From Candidatus Levyibacteriota bacterium (GTDB taxonomy: Bacteria > Patescibacteriota > Microgenomatia > Levybacterales > UBA12049), in assembly GCA_052034235.1 (NCBI GenBank), contig JBPOIT010000009.1, forward strand, positions 72,203-136,202: 64,000 bases of DNA. Reading direction: 5' to 3'. Positions 19,309 through 30,100 of this stretch are shown here, in pieces. Position 1 is the first letter of the stretch, and every line of letters begins with the position of its first letter. The position numbers were made by a program, and so were the translations under genes. Below the pieces are notes generated by a model, which was not told the origin of the DNA, searched no databases, and was given only the letters and a program-made list of their open reading frames with translations.

Positions 19309-19967
19309 TTCTTTGCCTCCGTAACCATTGTAGCTTGTATTCCTGGTTCTACTTGTTCCACATTAATCCCAGTTCCCTCATTATAAATATCATAAAAAAC
19401 CTTTATCAAATCTTCCTTCTCAAGCACTCTTGCTGAGGTCGCAAATTTTTGCAACTGACCGAGGAGTGTTGATGCTTTTGTATTCAATGCTTTCTTCGCA
19501 TCGACGGCAGTGATTTGTGCCTGAGACATGCCTTTTTGGACCGTTTGTGTTACAGCACTCACTCCAGCTTCAAGTGGAGAATAGGGGATAACGATATAAA
19601 ACGATTTACTCAAAACAACATTAACAGTAACCATCTCATGTACGAACGTGCGGTAATACTCAATATATTGTTTTAATTGTGGATTTTCAGTTTGGGCGAT
19701 AATCTCATCAAGCGATTTAAGATAGATTGAGATGTCGATGCGTTTATTTCTAATGAGAATTTGGATAGGGAAAGAGAGTGAGTTAAGAAGTGATGCGTAC
19801 GCAAAGATGCGGGTATCTTGTTCACGGCGTGATAGGAGCGCGAAGTTACTTGCTGTGATTTCGATAATCATGCAAGCAGCGCCTCCTTCAAGAACAACCA
19901 CATTGTCAACAAAGTCGACAATTTCGGTAAACTTTTGCGTTGTAGCATGTATTTTTTGGGCAGCCAT
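19305..19967 (-). CDS. hypothetical soluble protein translationally coupled to virB4 (ATGA start/stop overlap)
   Basis: 220 aa with no TM. The 4-nt overlap with the virB4 start implies they form an operon. Confidence 0.45.
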   Translation of the reverse strand: MAAQKIHATTQKFTEIVDFVDNVVVLEGGAACMIIEITASNFALLSRREQDTRIFAYASLLNSLSFPIQILIRNKRIDISIYLKSLDEIIAQTENPQLKQYIEYYRTFVHEMVTVNVVLSKSFYIVIPYSPLEAGVSAVTQTVQKGMSQAQITAVDAKKALNTKASTLLGQLQKFATSARVLEKEDLIKVFYDIYNEGTGINVEQVEPGIQATMVTEAKK

Positions 19968-19972
19968 ACGTT

Positions 19973-21295
19973 TTAATTAAATAATTGTTTTCGCAATTCT
20001 TCCCTCGCATCATGGGAAATAATTTCAATTGGTAACATAATTTGATTACTGGCGGTGATCTGAATGACGTCAAACGTGTGTTGTTTTTTTGGATCGTCAA
20101 GTTCAATTGTATAGATACCTTTTGCGAGAGGCGTTGCTGAAGCAAATTGTCCAAGGGCGTTTGTTTTAAACGCACGGACAGGATTACCATCTTTGTCTTT
20201 TACTTCGACAAGCATGTTTGGCAAGATGTTCCCACGAGGATCTTTGACAATTCCCACAACAACGTTTGGTGTATCTGAAATGTTTGGCAAGTCGACTTTT
20301 TTAGCGGGCGCCTGCGGTACCGTTTTCGCATACTGGGAAGCTGGAATTGCAACTGGTGAAGGTGCAGCGGCTGGAATTGGGGTTGGTGCAGCGGCTGCAA
20401 CAACCGGTTGTGCTACAACAGCAGGTTGCACAACTGTTGGTTGTGCTTTTTGTGCTACTAACTGGGATTGTAATTGTTGGATTTCCTGTTCCAATTTGAG
20501 TTTTTGCGTGTGAATCTCCTGAATTTGAGTTTCGAGAGTGGTAACTTTCTCGTGCGCTGCCGGAGCATGTGTTATATTTTCTTCCTGTTTTGCTGTTTGC
20601 AGTTCGTTTTGAAGCTGGTTCTCTTTTTGAGTCAATGATTGCTCTTTTTCCTGCTGGCCAGTAGCCGGCGTTTGCGTAGGTACAACAAGTGGTATTGCGA
20701 CAGCTGCCACTGTTGGTTTCATAGCGATGGGTTTTAAAGCTGGAGTAGGAGAGGCAGTCTGGGCAACAGAGTTTGTGACAGTTGGTAGTGATAATGAGCT
20801 AAGCATCGCTTGTTCCTTCTTATCGAGAGAGTTACTGCTCTGACTATGAGAATTTCGTAAAAATGCCTGCAATTGTGCTGCTTTTATGTCCACACCAGCT
20901 TGTTTTACTGATGCGGTTGTACTTTGTTTGGCGGGTTCTCCCTCAGCGGCAAGTGCAACTTTTGTATAGTTTACCGTCGAAAAACTGAATCTCCTACCAG
21001 TTTTTTTGTATATATATTGATTTGGAGAAAAAATTGCCTTAAAAAAGTTTCCTGCCATGACATCAACAGGTCTTCCTTCAATCGGAACAAATGCAATAAA
21101 CGCCCCACTACCCCCAAGGATTGGAATTAAAAGTACTTTTGTGAGTATTCCAAATATACCAGGCAGGGGTAAATAATAAAGAACAAAGGCCATAATAACA
21201 CCACTCGCGACGTAGCCAAATTGCTTGACGGTCATGGTACCGATGAGTTTAAACTGAAAACCTGTTACGTCTTGTGGAATTGGATGCTGATCCAT
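19973..21295 (-). CDS. PrgI/VirB3-like membrane protein with a coiled-coil, Gln/Ala/Pro-rich linker and a C-terminal beta-sandwich-like domain
   Basis: The N-terminus (FKLIGTMTVKQFGYVASGVIMAFVLYYLPLP) matches the PrgI-family TM hairpin. It has a long QELQ coiled-coil and a C-terminal VVGIVKDPRGN..VEVKDKDGNPV block that looks like a carboxypeptidase-regulatory domain. Start set at ATG 21295; the ORF track's start is GTG at 21322. Confidence 0.5.
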   Translation of the reverse strand: MDQHPIPQDVTGFQFKLIGTMTVKQFGYVASGVIMAFVLYYLPLPGIFGILTKVLLIPILGGSGAFIAFVPIEGRPVDVMAGNFFKAIFSPNQYIYKKTGRRFSFSTVNYTKVALAAEGEPAKQSTTASVKQAGVDIKAAQLQAFLRNSHSQSSNSLDKKEQAMLSSLSLPTVTNSVAQTASPTPALKPIAMKPTVAAVAIPLVVPTQTPATGQQEKEQSLTQKENQLQNELQTAKQEENITHAPAAHEKVTTLETQIQEIHTQKLKLEQEIQQLQSQLVAQKAQPTVVQPAVVAQPVVAAAAPTPIPAAAPSPVAIPASQYAKTVPQAPAKKVDLPNISDTPNVVVGIVKDPRGNILPNMLVEVKDKDGNPVRAFKTNALGQFASATPLAKGIYTIELDDPKKQHTFDVIQITASNQIMLPIEIISHDAREELRKQLFN

Positions 21296-21447
21296 ATAAA
21301 TAAACACAAACAGAATCTGCACTCATAGGTGCTTTACTGTTGCTAAAAGTGTATAACGTGAAAAATTTGATTGCAACTCCAACAAAGTGGGTCAAACAAC
21401 ATAGACATTTGAGGCTAATCGTGAAAAGGGGTGTTTTAGAGAGGGTG

Positions 21448-21852
21448 TTACTGACAGCCTCCAGTAGCTACAAGTTCTAGGTTTGTAATACAGTCGGAAG
21501 ATCCTGTGAGGAATCCTATAAAGTAAATAATTGCAAATGAGCCGAGAACAAGTATTACTCCCAGAACTGCAAAGGTTAGAATCTTACGTGCTTCCTGAGT
21601 TGCTTTTTGATCACCACCTGAATTAATAAATTTAACTCCTCCATAAATAAACATAACTGTTGCGGCAGCTCCAACGAACATAAGTGCTCCTGCAACTAAG
21701 TTATTAAAGAGAACAGGTATACAGCGCAGTGTTGCTACCTTGCTCTTTGCATCAACACAGTTTCCCCAGTCCTGGAATTGTGCTTGAACTGGAGTGGCAA
21801 CCACAGTAAGAAAAAAAGCTGTCAGTAGTGACAGAACAAGTAGCTTTTTCAT
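21448..21852 (-). CDS. VirB2/TrbC-like pilin paralog 1
   Basis: Signal peptide, two hydrophobic helices, and the motif INSGGDQKATQEARKILTFAVLG. Confidence 0.5.
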   Translation of the reverse strand: MKKLLVLSLLTAFFLTVVATPVQAQFQDWGNCVDAKSKVATLRCIPVLFNNLVAGALMFVGAAATVMFIYGGVKFINSGGDQKATQEARKILTFAVLGVILVLGSFAIIYFIGFLTGSSDCITNLELVATGGCQ

Positions 21853-21871
21853 AGATTAGGCTTGCGCGATT

Positions 21872-22315
21872 TTATGCGGCGGTAGGAATCTTAGGAAGGA
21901 CTAGATTTGTAAGACTTAGTCCGAAGAAACTCAAGACTACTGAGAGGATAAAGAAGGCGAGGAATGCGATAATTAAACCAACAATTGCGGCGATGACTGT
22001 TTTTCTTGCTTCATCAACTTTGCCTTTGTCACCACCTGAAGTTACCCATCGAAGACCACCGTAGATAAGGAAGAAGAGGGCAATGATTGCAACGATAATA
22101 AGGAGGAATGTTACAATTGCACCAATAATAGCCCCAAGATTGCCTGCTTCAAGGTTGCAAAGAGCTTGAAAGTTGGAATCGATTGTTGTACATGGATCGA
22201 CACTACCTGTCGCAAATGTTGGGAATGCTAGTCCTAAAAAGACTGCTCCGGATGCTGCTGTTGCTGAAAGTGTTGTTAGTAATTTTTTCATGTTTATTTT
22301 CTCTATACTCATCAT
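21872..22315 (-). CDS. VirB2/TrbC-like pilin paralog 2
   Basis: Signal peptide (MKKLLTTLSATAASGA), two TM helices, and the motif WVTSGGDKGKVDEARKTVIAAIVG. Confidence 0.5.
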   Translation of the reverse strand: MMSIEKINMKKLLTTLSATAASGAVFLGLAFPTFATGSVDPCTTIDSNFQALCNLEAGNLGAIIGAIVTFLLIIVAIIALFFLIYGGLRWVTSGGDKGKVDEARKTVIAAIVGLIIAFLAFFILSVVLSFFGLSLTNLVLPKIPTAA

Positions 22316-22367
22316 ATGCTACTTTTTTTATTGTTGTCAATAGATCAAAATAAGTCAGTATTTTTCT

Positions 22368-22712
22368 TTACAACTTTATGTTGAAGAATGAACCTAAAAT
22401 GTTGACAAACATAAAAGACAAAAGCACAATAACAAGTCCGACAATTGACCAGGTAAGCCGTGCTCGTGCTGATGCAACTTTTGCTTTATCTCCAGCTGAT
22501 GATGTCCATTGAATGCCAGCGCGTACTATCGAAATAAGGCAGAGGACGATCGCAATAATAACAAAGATTGTAATACCTCCTCCGACCGCTTGTTCAAGTC
22601 GTGCTTCTCCACCTTGAGGAATCGATTTCGGGGCATTAATCTGAACTCCCGGTTGTCCATCCGCACCAGGAAGTGTTAGCGTAATATATTCAACCATACT
22701 TATACCGTACAA
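22368..22712 (-). CDS. VirB2/TrbC-like pilin paralog 3
   Basis: Two TM helices and the motif WTSSAGDKAKVASARARLTWSIVG, shared with the two upstream paralogs. Confidence 0.45.
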   Translation of the reverse strand: MYGISMVEYITLTLPGADGQPGVQINAPKSIPQGGEARLEQAVGGGITIFVIIAIVLCLISIVRAGIQWTSSAGDKAKVASARARLTWSIVGLVIVLLSFMFVNILGSFFNIKL

Positions 22713-22787
22713 ACTTTTTTTTATAAAAGCAAGAGCGCAAATATTCCGAATTGAAGATTGTATATATTACGGGTACAATAAATTTGT

Positions 22788-24122
22788 ATGATTCAAGATC
22801 ATTTAGAAGCCCAATATCCAAGTGACAGCCGGGAGGAAGAAATTAGCAAAATTTTTGCCTTTGCCGCGGAAGGGAATTCGTGTCAGATTATTGGTATTCC
22901 AGGAACCGGAAGAACAAGCCTCCTCGAAATACTTGCATATAACAAAGAACTTCAAAAGAAACATTTAACGAATTTAGAAATGAAACCTCATTTCGTTATG
23001 GTTAATTTTTCTGAAATCAGGAATCGATCTTTGTTTGATGCCATGAAATTTATGTTTCTCAATCTTACGGAGTCACTTCGTGAAGAGAAAATGCCTGAGG
23101 AGCATAAAGTTGTCGGCGATAAATTTAGAGAACATTTGCAATTTCAGGATGAGCTGATACTTTTTCAAGGATTTAAAGAAGCTGTTGATTATATGGCAAA
23201 TGAAAAGAAAATAACTCTTGTCTTTTTGTTTGATCGTTTTGAAGAATATATTCCAATAGTCACAAGTGGATTCTTTACGAATTTACGGGTGCTTCGTAGT
23301 AATGCAAAATATCATTTTTCAATAGTTTTTTCACTGCCACGACCATTAGAATCACTCCTTGAACCTTCTCTTCTATCGGACTATTACGAATTCGTTGCAG
23401 ATAGGCATATTTATCTTAATCTTTATGATGTTCCATCGACCAGTTTCCGTTTATCTTACATAGAAAAGATTACCAGTAAAAAACTAGATAAGAAAGTGTT
23501 TGAAGAAATAGTCGGCATGACGGGTGGTCTTGGAAAACTGACAAAACTTGCTGTTGAGGCTGTTCTGGCAAATAATGGAACGCCTGAACGATTGCAGGAT
23601 TTTTTGCTTGCACAAAAGACTATACGGGCAGGACTTCGTGATATTTGGCAGACATTATCTCCTGCTGAGCAAGCAGATCTTCTTGAGAAGAAATTTGAAG
23701 ATCCAGATGTCGCAGTATATTTGGAACAAGTTGGCTTGATAAAAGATAAGCATATACAAATCCCATTAATAGCTGCATTTATCGACACTTTTGCAAATGA
23801 GCAATCAGCTGAAGCTCAAAAAATTGTTTATGATGAAAATACAAACACTATAAAAAAAGGTTCAGTAACACTTTCTGACCAGCTAACGTCATCTGAATTC
23901 CGATTACTCAGATATCTTTTGCAAAACCAGGAAAAGGTAGTTGAGAGAGATGAACTTATTGGTGTCGTGTGGCAGGGGAATAAATCGACGGCAGGTATTA
24001 CAGACCAGGCAGTTGATCAGCTCGTATTTCGTGTTCGTCGCAAAATTGAAGAAGACCCCAACAATCCTCAACACCTGCAGACTGTAAAGGGTCGCGGGTT
24101 TAAATTTGTTTCTTCAATGTAG
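22788..24122 (+). CDS. transcriptional regulator with an N-terminal P-loop NTPase-like domain and a C-terminal OmpR/PhoB-type winged helix
   Basis: Walker-A-like GIPGTGRTSLLE, with Arg in place of the canonical Lys. The C-terminus (EFRLLRYLLQNQEKVVERDELIGVVW...AVDQLVFRVRRKIEEDP...LQTVKGRGFKF) is a typical trans_reg_C domain. There is no receiver domain. Confidence 0.65.
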   Translation: MIQDHLEAQYPSDSREEEISKIFAFAAEGNSCQIIGIPGTGRTSLLEILAYNKELQKKHLTNLEMKPHFVMVNFSEIRNRSLFDAMKFMFLNLTESLREEKMPEEHKVVGDKFREHLQFQDELILFQGFKEAVDYMANEKKITLVFLFDRFEEYIPIVTSGFFTNLRVLRSNAKYHFSIVFSLPRPLESLLEPSLLSDYYEFVADRHIYLNLYDVPSTSFRLSYIEKITSKKLDKKVFEEIVGMTGGLGKLTKLAVEAVLANNGTPERLQDFLLAQKTIRAGLRDIWQTLSPAEQADLLEKKFEDPDVAVYLEQVGLIKDKHIQIPLIAAFIDTFANEQSAEAQKIVYDENTNTIKKGSVTLSDQLTSSEFRLLRYLLQNQEKVVERDELIGVVWQGNKSTAGITDQAVDQLVFRVRRKIEEDPNNPQHLQTVKGRGFKFVSSM

Positions 24123-24187
24123 TTGTAAGCTTTTTGTTACCCCAATATAAAGCAGTTTTTAACTGAGACACGTAAAATAGCCTCATT

Positions 24188-27100
24188 ATGAGTAATCCAA
24201 ACGAAGAAGAAAAATTGACACCAAGTTCGGCGAAAGGCTATGATGGAGATAGTACTCAAATGGCTGAAAAACCTGAAATTGAAAATTCTGATGAAGAAAG
24301 AGATCCTCACGATAGTGAGGTAGACCCTCATGGAGAAGATAAACCGGAAACGAATGAACAGCAAAATACAGAGACGAAAAAAAATACTATTGCTGAAATG
24401 TTTAGTGCACTTCTTTCCTCAGTAAATCCTGAGAATGGTGGTCCGGAAGATAAAATCTTCAAAACAGTTGTTGAGGCAGTTACAGACGCAACTTCAAAAA
24501 ATAAGAATCCCAATAAAGCAATTGCTGAAGTAATGAGCTCATTTCTTCTTCCCAATAAGCCAGCTGCAGATTCTACGGAGGAAGAGTTGGAAGGAACAAA
24601 AAAAGCGAGAGTGGTTTTTGATACCATTCTTGAGAGTGCAGAGGAAGCACATCTTGATTCAAAAGCAATTTTAAAAGAGCTTGCAGGTATCGCTAAAGAA
24701 CAGCAGGAAGAACTACCTACAACGGCTCAAGATAGATATGTAGTATTTGAGCAGCATTTGAAAAAAACCCTTAATACTGCTTCTGACGAGGCACTTCAGA
24801 TTATGCACGAAGACCTGAAAAAACTTCGTGCAGAGATAGCCAATGACACCCAGCTCGATGAAGGCGTGTACGAAGCGGTTTTAGATTCGGAAACGCTTCT
24901 CGCAGAAGTGGTAGAAGTAAAAGAAGACACAGCAACGCAGGAATTTATAGAAATTCAACAGGCAAATGATAAAAAATTTGCTCAAGTTATCGTAACTGTT
25001 TTTGAATCAGTTGCAGAGACCCGATTCACAAATCTTACTCCTGGCAAAGAAGTTAATTTGCGAAAAGAAGAACAGCTGAAAGCAGATCATCTCATGAAAC
25101 TCTTATTGGCGAGTGATGATCCTAAGCAACAAAAGCAGGAATTAGTTGCAGCACTGCTGACGAGTTATCCAGTTGCAGGTTCAAGTGCTGAGCAGCAAGA
25201 AGCACTTGCAATGAGAGAACGAATCATGGGTTATGCAAAACTTGCCGGGTTGGACGAGAAAGCAATTTTAGACAATCAAGCGATTATTGCAGCTGAGGAT
25301 ATGCTTGTGTCAAAAACAGATGCAGTAAATGATTCTGAGTCTATAGTTGGGTCTGATCTCAATGCGTTTGAGAGAAAAGTTGAACAGCAAATTGCCAATG
25401 CTTCAGCGGAAAGAGTGAAAGAGATTCAGGATACATGGAAGGATTTACTAGAAAGTGTTGATCCCAATAGTGAAACGGCTCGTGAAGCTCTAGAAGCAAT
25501 CGCGGTGCTTGATAACATTATCCAACTAAAAGAAATGCAAGCAGCTCGAGATCGAGGGGAATCTGTTGATTTCAGTACACTTCCGGTGCCAAAGGAATAC
25601 AAACATAATGATCACGAAGCAAAAGAATCGGCAAGCAAAAGTGAATCTGATAAAGAATTAGCAGCTTTACTCGCCAAGCTTTTCTCACCGCTTCGTAAAG
25701 GTGACAAAGCAGAAGATTATGCGCTGGTAAGTGTAATTACCGATTTTATTCTTGCGTCAGAACATACCAAAGAAGAAAAAGAAGCACTAATTGCTGGTAT
25801 TGCCAAATGCTTCTCTCAAAAAGATACCCATACATCTGAAGCGAATGACATACCCTCCTATCTCCGAATATATGCGGATTCCGTGGCATTAGCTCAGCCA
25901 ACAGTTGATGCAGGAACATCAGAAAAAGAAGGACATGAAGACACACCTGAGTTATTGCAGAAACTTATCGAAGAAGCATTAGCTAAAGTTTCTCACAAAG
26001 ACCTTATTCAGTTAAAAGGTGCACTGGGCTTTGTTGCTATTAAAGAAAAACCTTCAGCTGAGATTAAAGAACAGATTACACAAACGATAGCTTTTATTAA
26101 TGCTCTGCCAACTGATAAAGAAAATGCAAAAAAAGCTGATGCATCACAGCGGCCTGTCGAGAAGCCAGAGAAAGCGATCAAAGCTGAAGATGCAGAGAAA
26201 ATAGAAGAAAGATTGGTTGAAGGCTCAATGCAGACAATAGAAGCAAAGAGGCAATCATTCTTCGAAGAGACGCACTTTATTAATGAAGAAAACAATATCG
26301 AGCGGTTTAATGTTGTGCGTTTAGAGAATTATGCAAACAACCTGAAGGATTTAGGTAGTCAACTCTCTGAGTCGGAGCTCAAGTCAGCTTATATGGCGCT
26401 GCAAAAACAGATAACACTTTCCAGAAGAGCTCCGGAATTTAATGGCAATTTTCATTTGGACGAAGTATTACACGTCAACGAGATTTCTAATGATGCGCTG
26501 CGTGATATCGTGGCTCGGTTGCGAGAAACAATGGCTCCTGCCGAGGTAATGAAGTTCATTAATGAGACAAAACGCTCGTTGAGAGATAATAAAGCATATA
26601 ACGAGCGACTTTCTCTACCTCCACGAGTTTACAATATGGAGCCAACGGTTGTTGAAGCTTCTGTTGGTAATCGATACTACGAACCCGGCTCGAGGTTTCA
26701 ATTAGGGAACGCTATTAACGAGATTCGTTCCATGTCCACGACGCCAGATCCTGCTTTGCCAGCAAATTTAGGATCTGATTATACAGAAATTGCAACAAAT
26801 ATAAAGACCCAACAGGAATTTTCTAATACGGCAGTATTGGAAGATCGTATGCATAAGCTTAACTCTCTGATGTCTGAAGGTATGAGAGCAGGTATCAATC
26901 TTAAGGACATGACACAGGCACAGGCTTTGGCGCAGCAATTACATGCACAGCGACAAGAAATAGCAGTAATGGAGCAAATGTATAAAGGTCAGATGGATGA
27001 ACGAACATATAAAGCTGAAGATGAAGCACTCTACGAAGGTTATATACATACAGCTCTTGGAGAACGGATTAAACGTATTCAAATCGAGTTGGAGATCAAA

Positions 27101-30100
27101 TCCGGATTGCGATCACGTACTTATGTTGATTCGAGTGGGAATACCCACACGCATAAGGTTCGAACAGACGAAGAGCTTATAGCTTATTACACAGAACTGC
27201 GAAAATGGGCAAAAATTCTTCTAAAAAATGATGTGCGAAATAATGCGGGTAAAGCAGGGCAAGAAGGGGCGCTTAATTTATCGAACGAACGGTTTAAGCG
27301 ATATAGTGACATTGTAAAAGCTCTCCCAGACTCTTTTGATCTTGCAAATGCGACGGATACTGCAGCTATGCTAAGTAACGTTAATTACATGTTTGATATA
27401 ACAACATCAGGAGGAGATTTTTTGCGCTACTTTATGAGAAATACGAAAAATCCAAAAGGAATTGATCCAGAGAAACATGACTCAATAGATTTTAATCCTC
27501 ATGAATTACTGGGGGTCGATTATCGCCATGCTGAAGGTACCAGTTCGTTCGGGTTGCCGAAATCTCTGGAGGATACCATGGCAATTATGGCAAGACAGTA
27601 CTCTACAGAGAAAATTAATTATAGAACTGGAGGAGATCACGAATTATTCGATGGGGAAGGAAATTTTAAATTCAACAATTTCTATTACCTCATTCGTGAA
27701 CAGATTCTGAACAATGATATCTTATATAACAAAGATGGACAGATTAACCCAATGCAAAAAATTACCGTAAAGGGTGATGCTTCATCAGTCTCTCTGGCAG
27801 AGTTATTGGTTTTAATGCCTGAATATTTATCCCAAAGAACGTTTGATATCGTTGTCGATAACGATGGAGACGTTACTTCAGGATGGGGGCGTCCAACAGA
27901 ACACCCTGAATTTACGTGGGCACAAGCACAACAGTTGGGTGCTGAAGTTGAATTTAGAATCATGACTCACGAAGCGAGAATTCAGTATGTCCAAGCGTCA
28001 CTTGCTGGGGATAAAGGGAAGTATTTGCAACTTATGGAGTATTTGCATAAATCAAATCATTGGGTTCGTGCGAATAATATTATGTGGCTGCTTGGTTTAC
28101 CATCAGCGGTAACAAATGGTTCGCAGGAAATTATAGATGTCGTTGGTCCCAAAGAAACCCAAGGCACACTCGGAAAAGCAGTGAGCGATATGCTCGTTGG
28201 GTATAATTATATAAATGAAGTCTCAAAATATTACAAACATGCAAATGGGGAAGAGAAAACCTTCAATGAAAACATGTTTTATAGATTTTGGGAACCAAAT
28301 GGCGCAAATAAATTTCTTGTAACTATGACTGAAGAGACATTAAATAACTACAGTGACGCCAAAAGAGAATATGGGCGATTTATTCAGGAGCGCATACAGG
28401 CGGCAGCAGTGAGGGCTCGCTCTCTTGCGGGAGGAGATGCTGTCAAACTCGAAAAAATTGACCGCCAACTACAAGACCAAACACAAGCAATTCAGGCGGA
28501 AATGGATAAACAAAATGTAGGACTTGATATTCGGTTTACCAAAGACAGTCATTTAATGAAATTTTTACAATATACAGAAAAAGAAGTGTTGGGAAGGAAA
28601 TTCCGTAATAAAAAAGAAGAAGAAGAGTATTTCAAATTTACGGTGCGTGATGATCTCCTTGATAATTTAAAAGGCGGTTTGTTTACAAAATTAGCTGATA
28701 TGCAAGTTCATGAACTTGATACACTTGTAGATAAAAATAATAAGACCAAAGATCGTCCTGATACCTATCTTTTTCTTCGGGCAAAACAGAATAAAATGCG
28801 CTTTGGGGACATACGTTTTGATGGGCAGACGATAGAAGAGTTGTTAAACGACTTTAACCCTGAGCAAATCAAACGGTTTGATTACACAAACAAGGCAGAT
28901 GATCCACGAAATCACTTCAGTGCTTTCGCAAATGATCCTGATCGATTGCGAAGAGAATTGGATACGTATATGGATGCGAAAATTAATCCAGAGAATTACA
29001 AGTTCTTTAAACATAACGAAAAAATGATGCTTGCCTTTCTCAAACATGTAACGCGAATTGATCGGGCATGGCTTAATCATTTCCGTGATATTCCGGAGAA
29101 TGAAGTTGTAAAAGATATGGAGAAACGCGCAATGGAAGAATGTGTACAGCTAGTCCATGGTGTTGATGACATAGAAGCGACATACGCATGGTGGCAAGCA
29201 CGAGATTATATCTATATTTGGGGAATTGGTGATTGGTTGGATGATAGTGGTATCGGATTCAGAACTGGTGGTAAACTTTTTCATACTGGCAAATGGCGTG
29301 CACATAGAGGTGGCAAAGACGGTGCTGGGAATAAAGACACCTTCGACGAATTTGGAGCAGTGGCGCTACCCTTCTTAAACACTATTCAAATTCATGATAT
29401 AGAAGGGCATCAAGAGCTTGGGCATCAAAGTATTTTTAGTTTACTACAAGGCGGGCATGGCTATAATATTACACCACGTGCTGCACGTGAGTTTAAACCA
29501 CGTAGTCGGTACTCGATAGCGCATGATTCTGAAGAGTTATATGTCGCAAATATGCTTTCAAACGCAGCAGAACTTGCAGATTTACTCTCAACGACGGAAG
29601 TTGACTTTACGAATATTGTTGCGACAGATCCTTTGGGTAATATTGTTTTTGATTATGGAAAAGCACGAGAGCTGTTTAAAAAATGGCGTAAAGCTATCAG
29701 ATATTCATATCAAAAAAACGGTATTGATTATCGCGAGAAAATCTGGGTTGACGGACAGGAGAAAACCCTGTATGAATTTTGTTTTGGTAAAAAAACACGT
29801 GCAATTAATGAACTGATCAGACAAGAAACTGGTCGCTCTATTGACGATATGTTTCGTGATACGGCAGATGCTGTTATGGCATCAATTATTGCTGCTGAAG
29901 TCTATGAACACAGGAAAATGCATTTGAGTGGCCATCACTGGACAATCGAGAATGTGATTGAACTCGAAAAAGTTATCCGGGAGTTTATGGATGAGTCTGA
30001 TTTAGAAGAAGACGAACATGGAGATGTTGAGCTCGTGCGTAAAGGCAATGCCTTCACAAAAAAAGTCTTCAGCGGCGCACTGAAAGCATATCATACAAGT

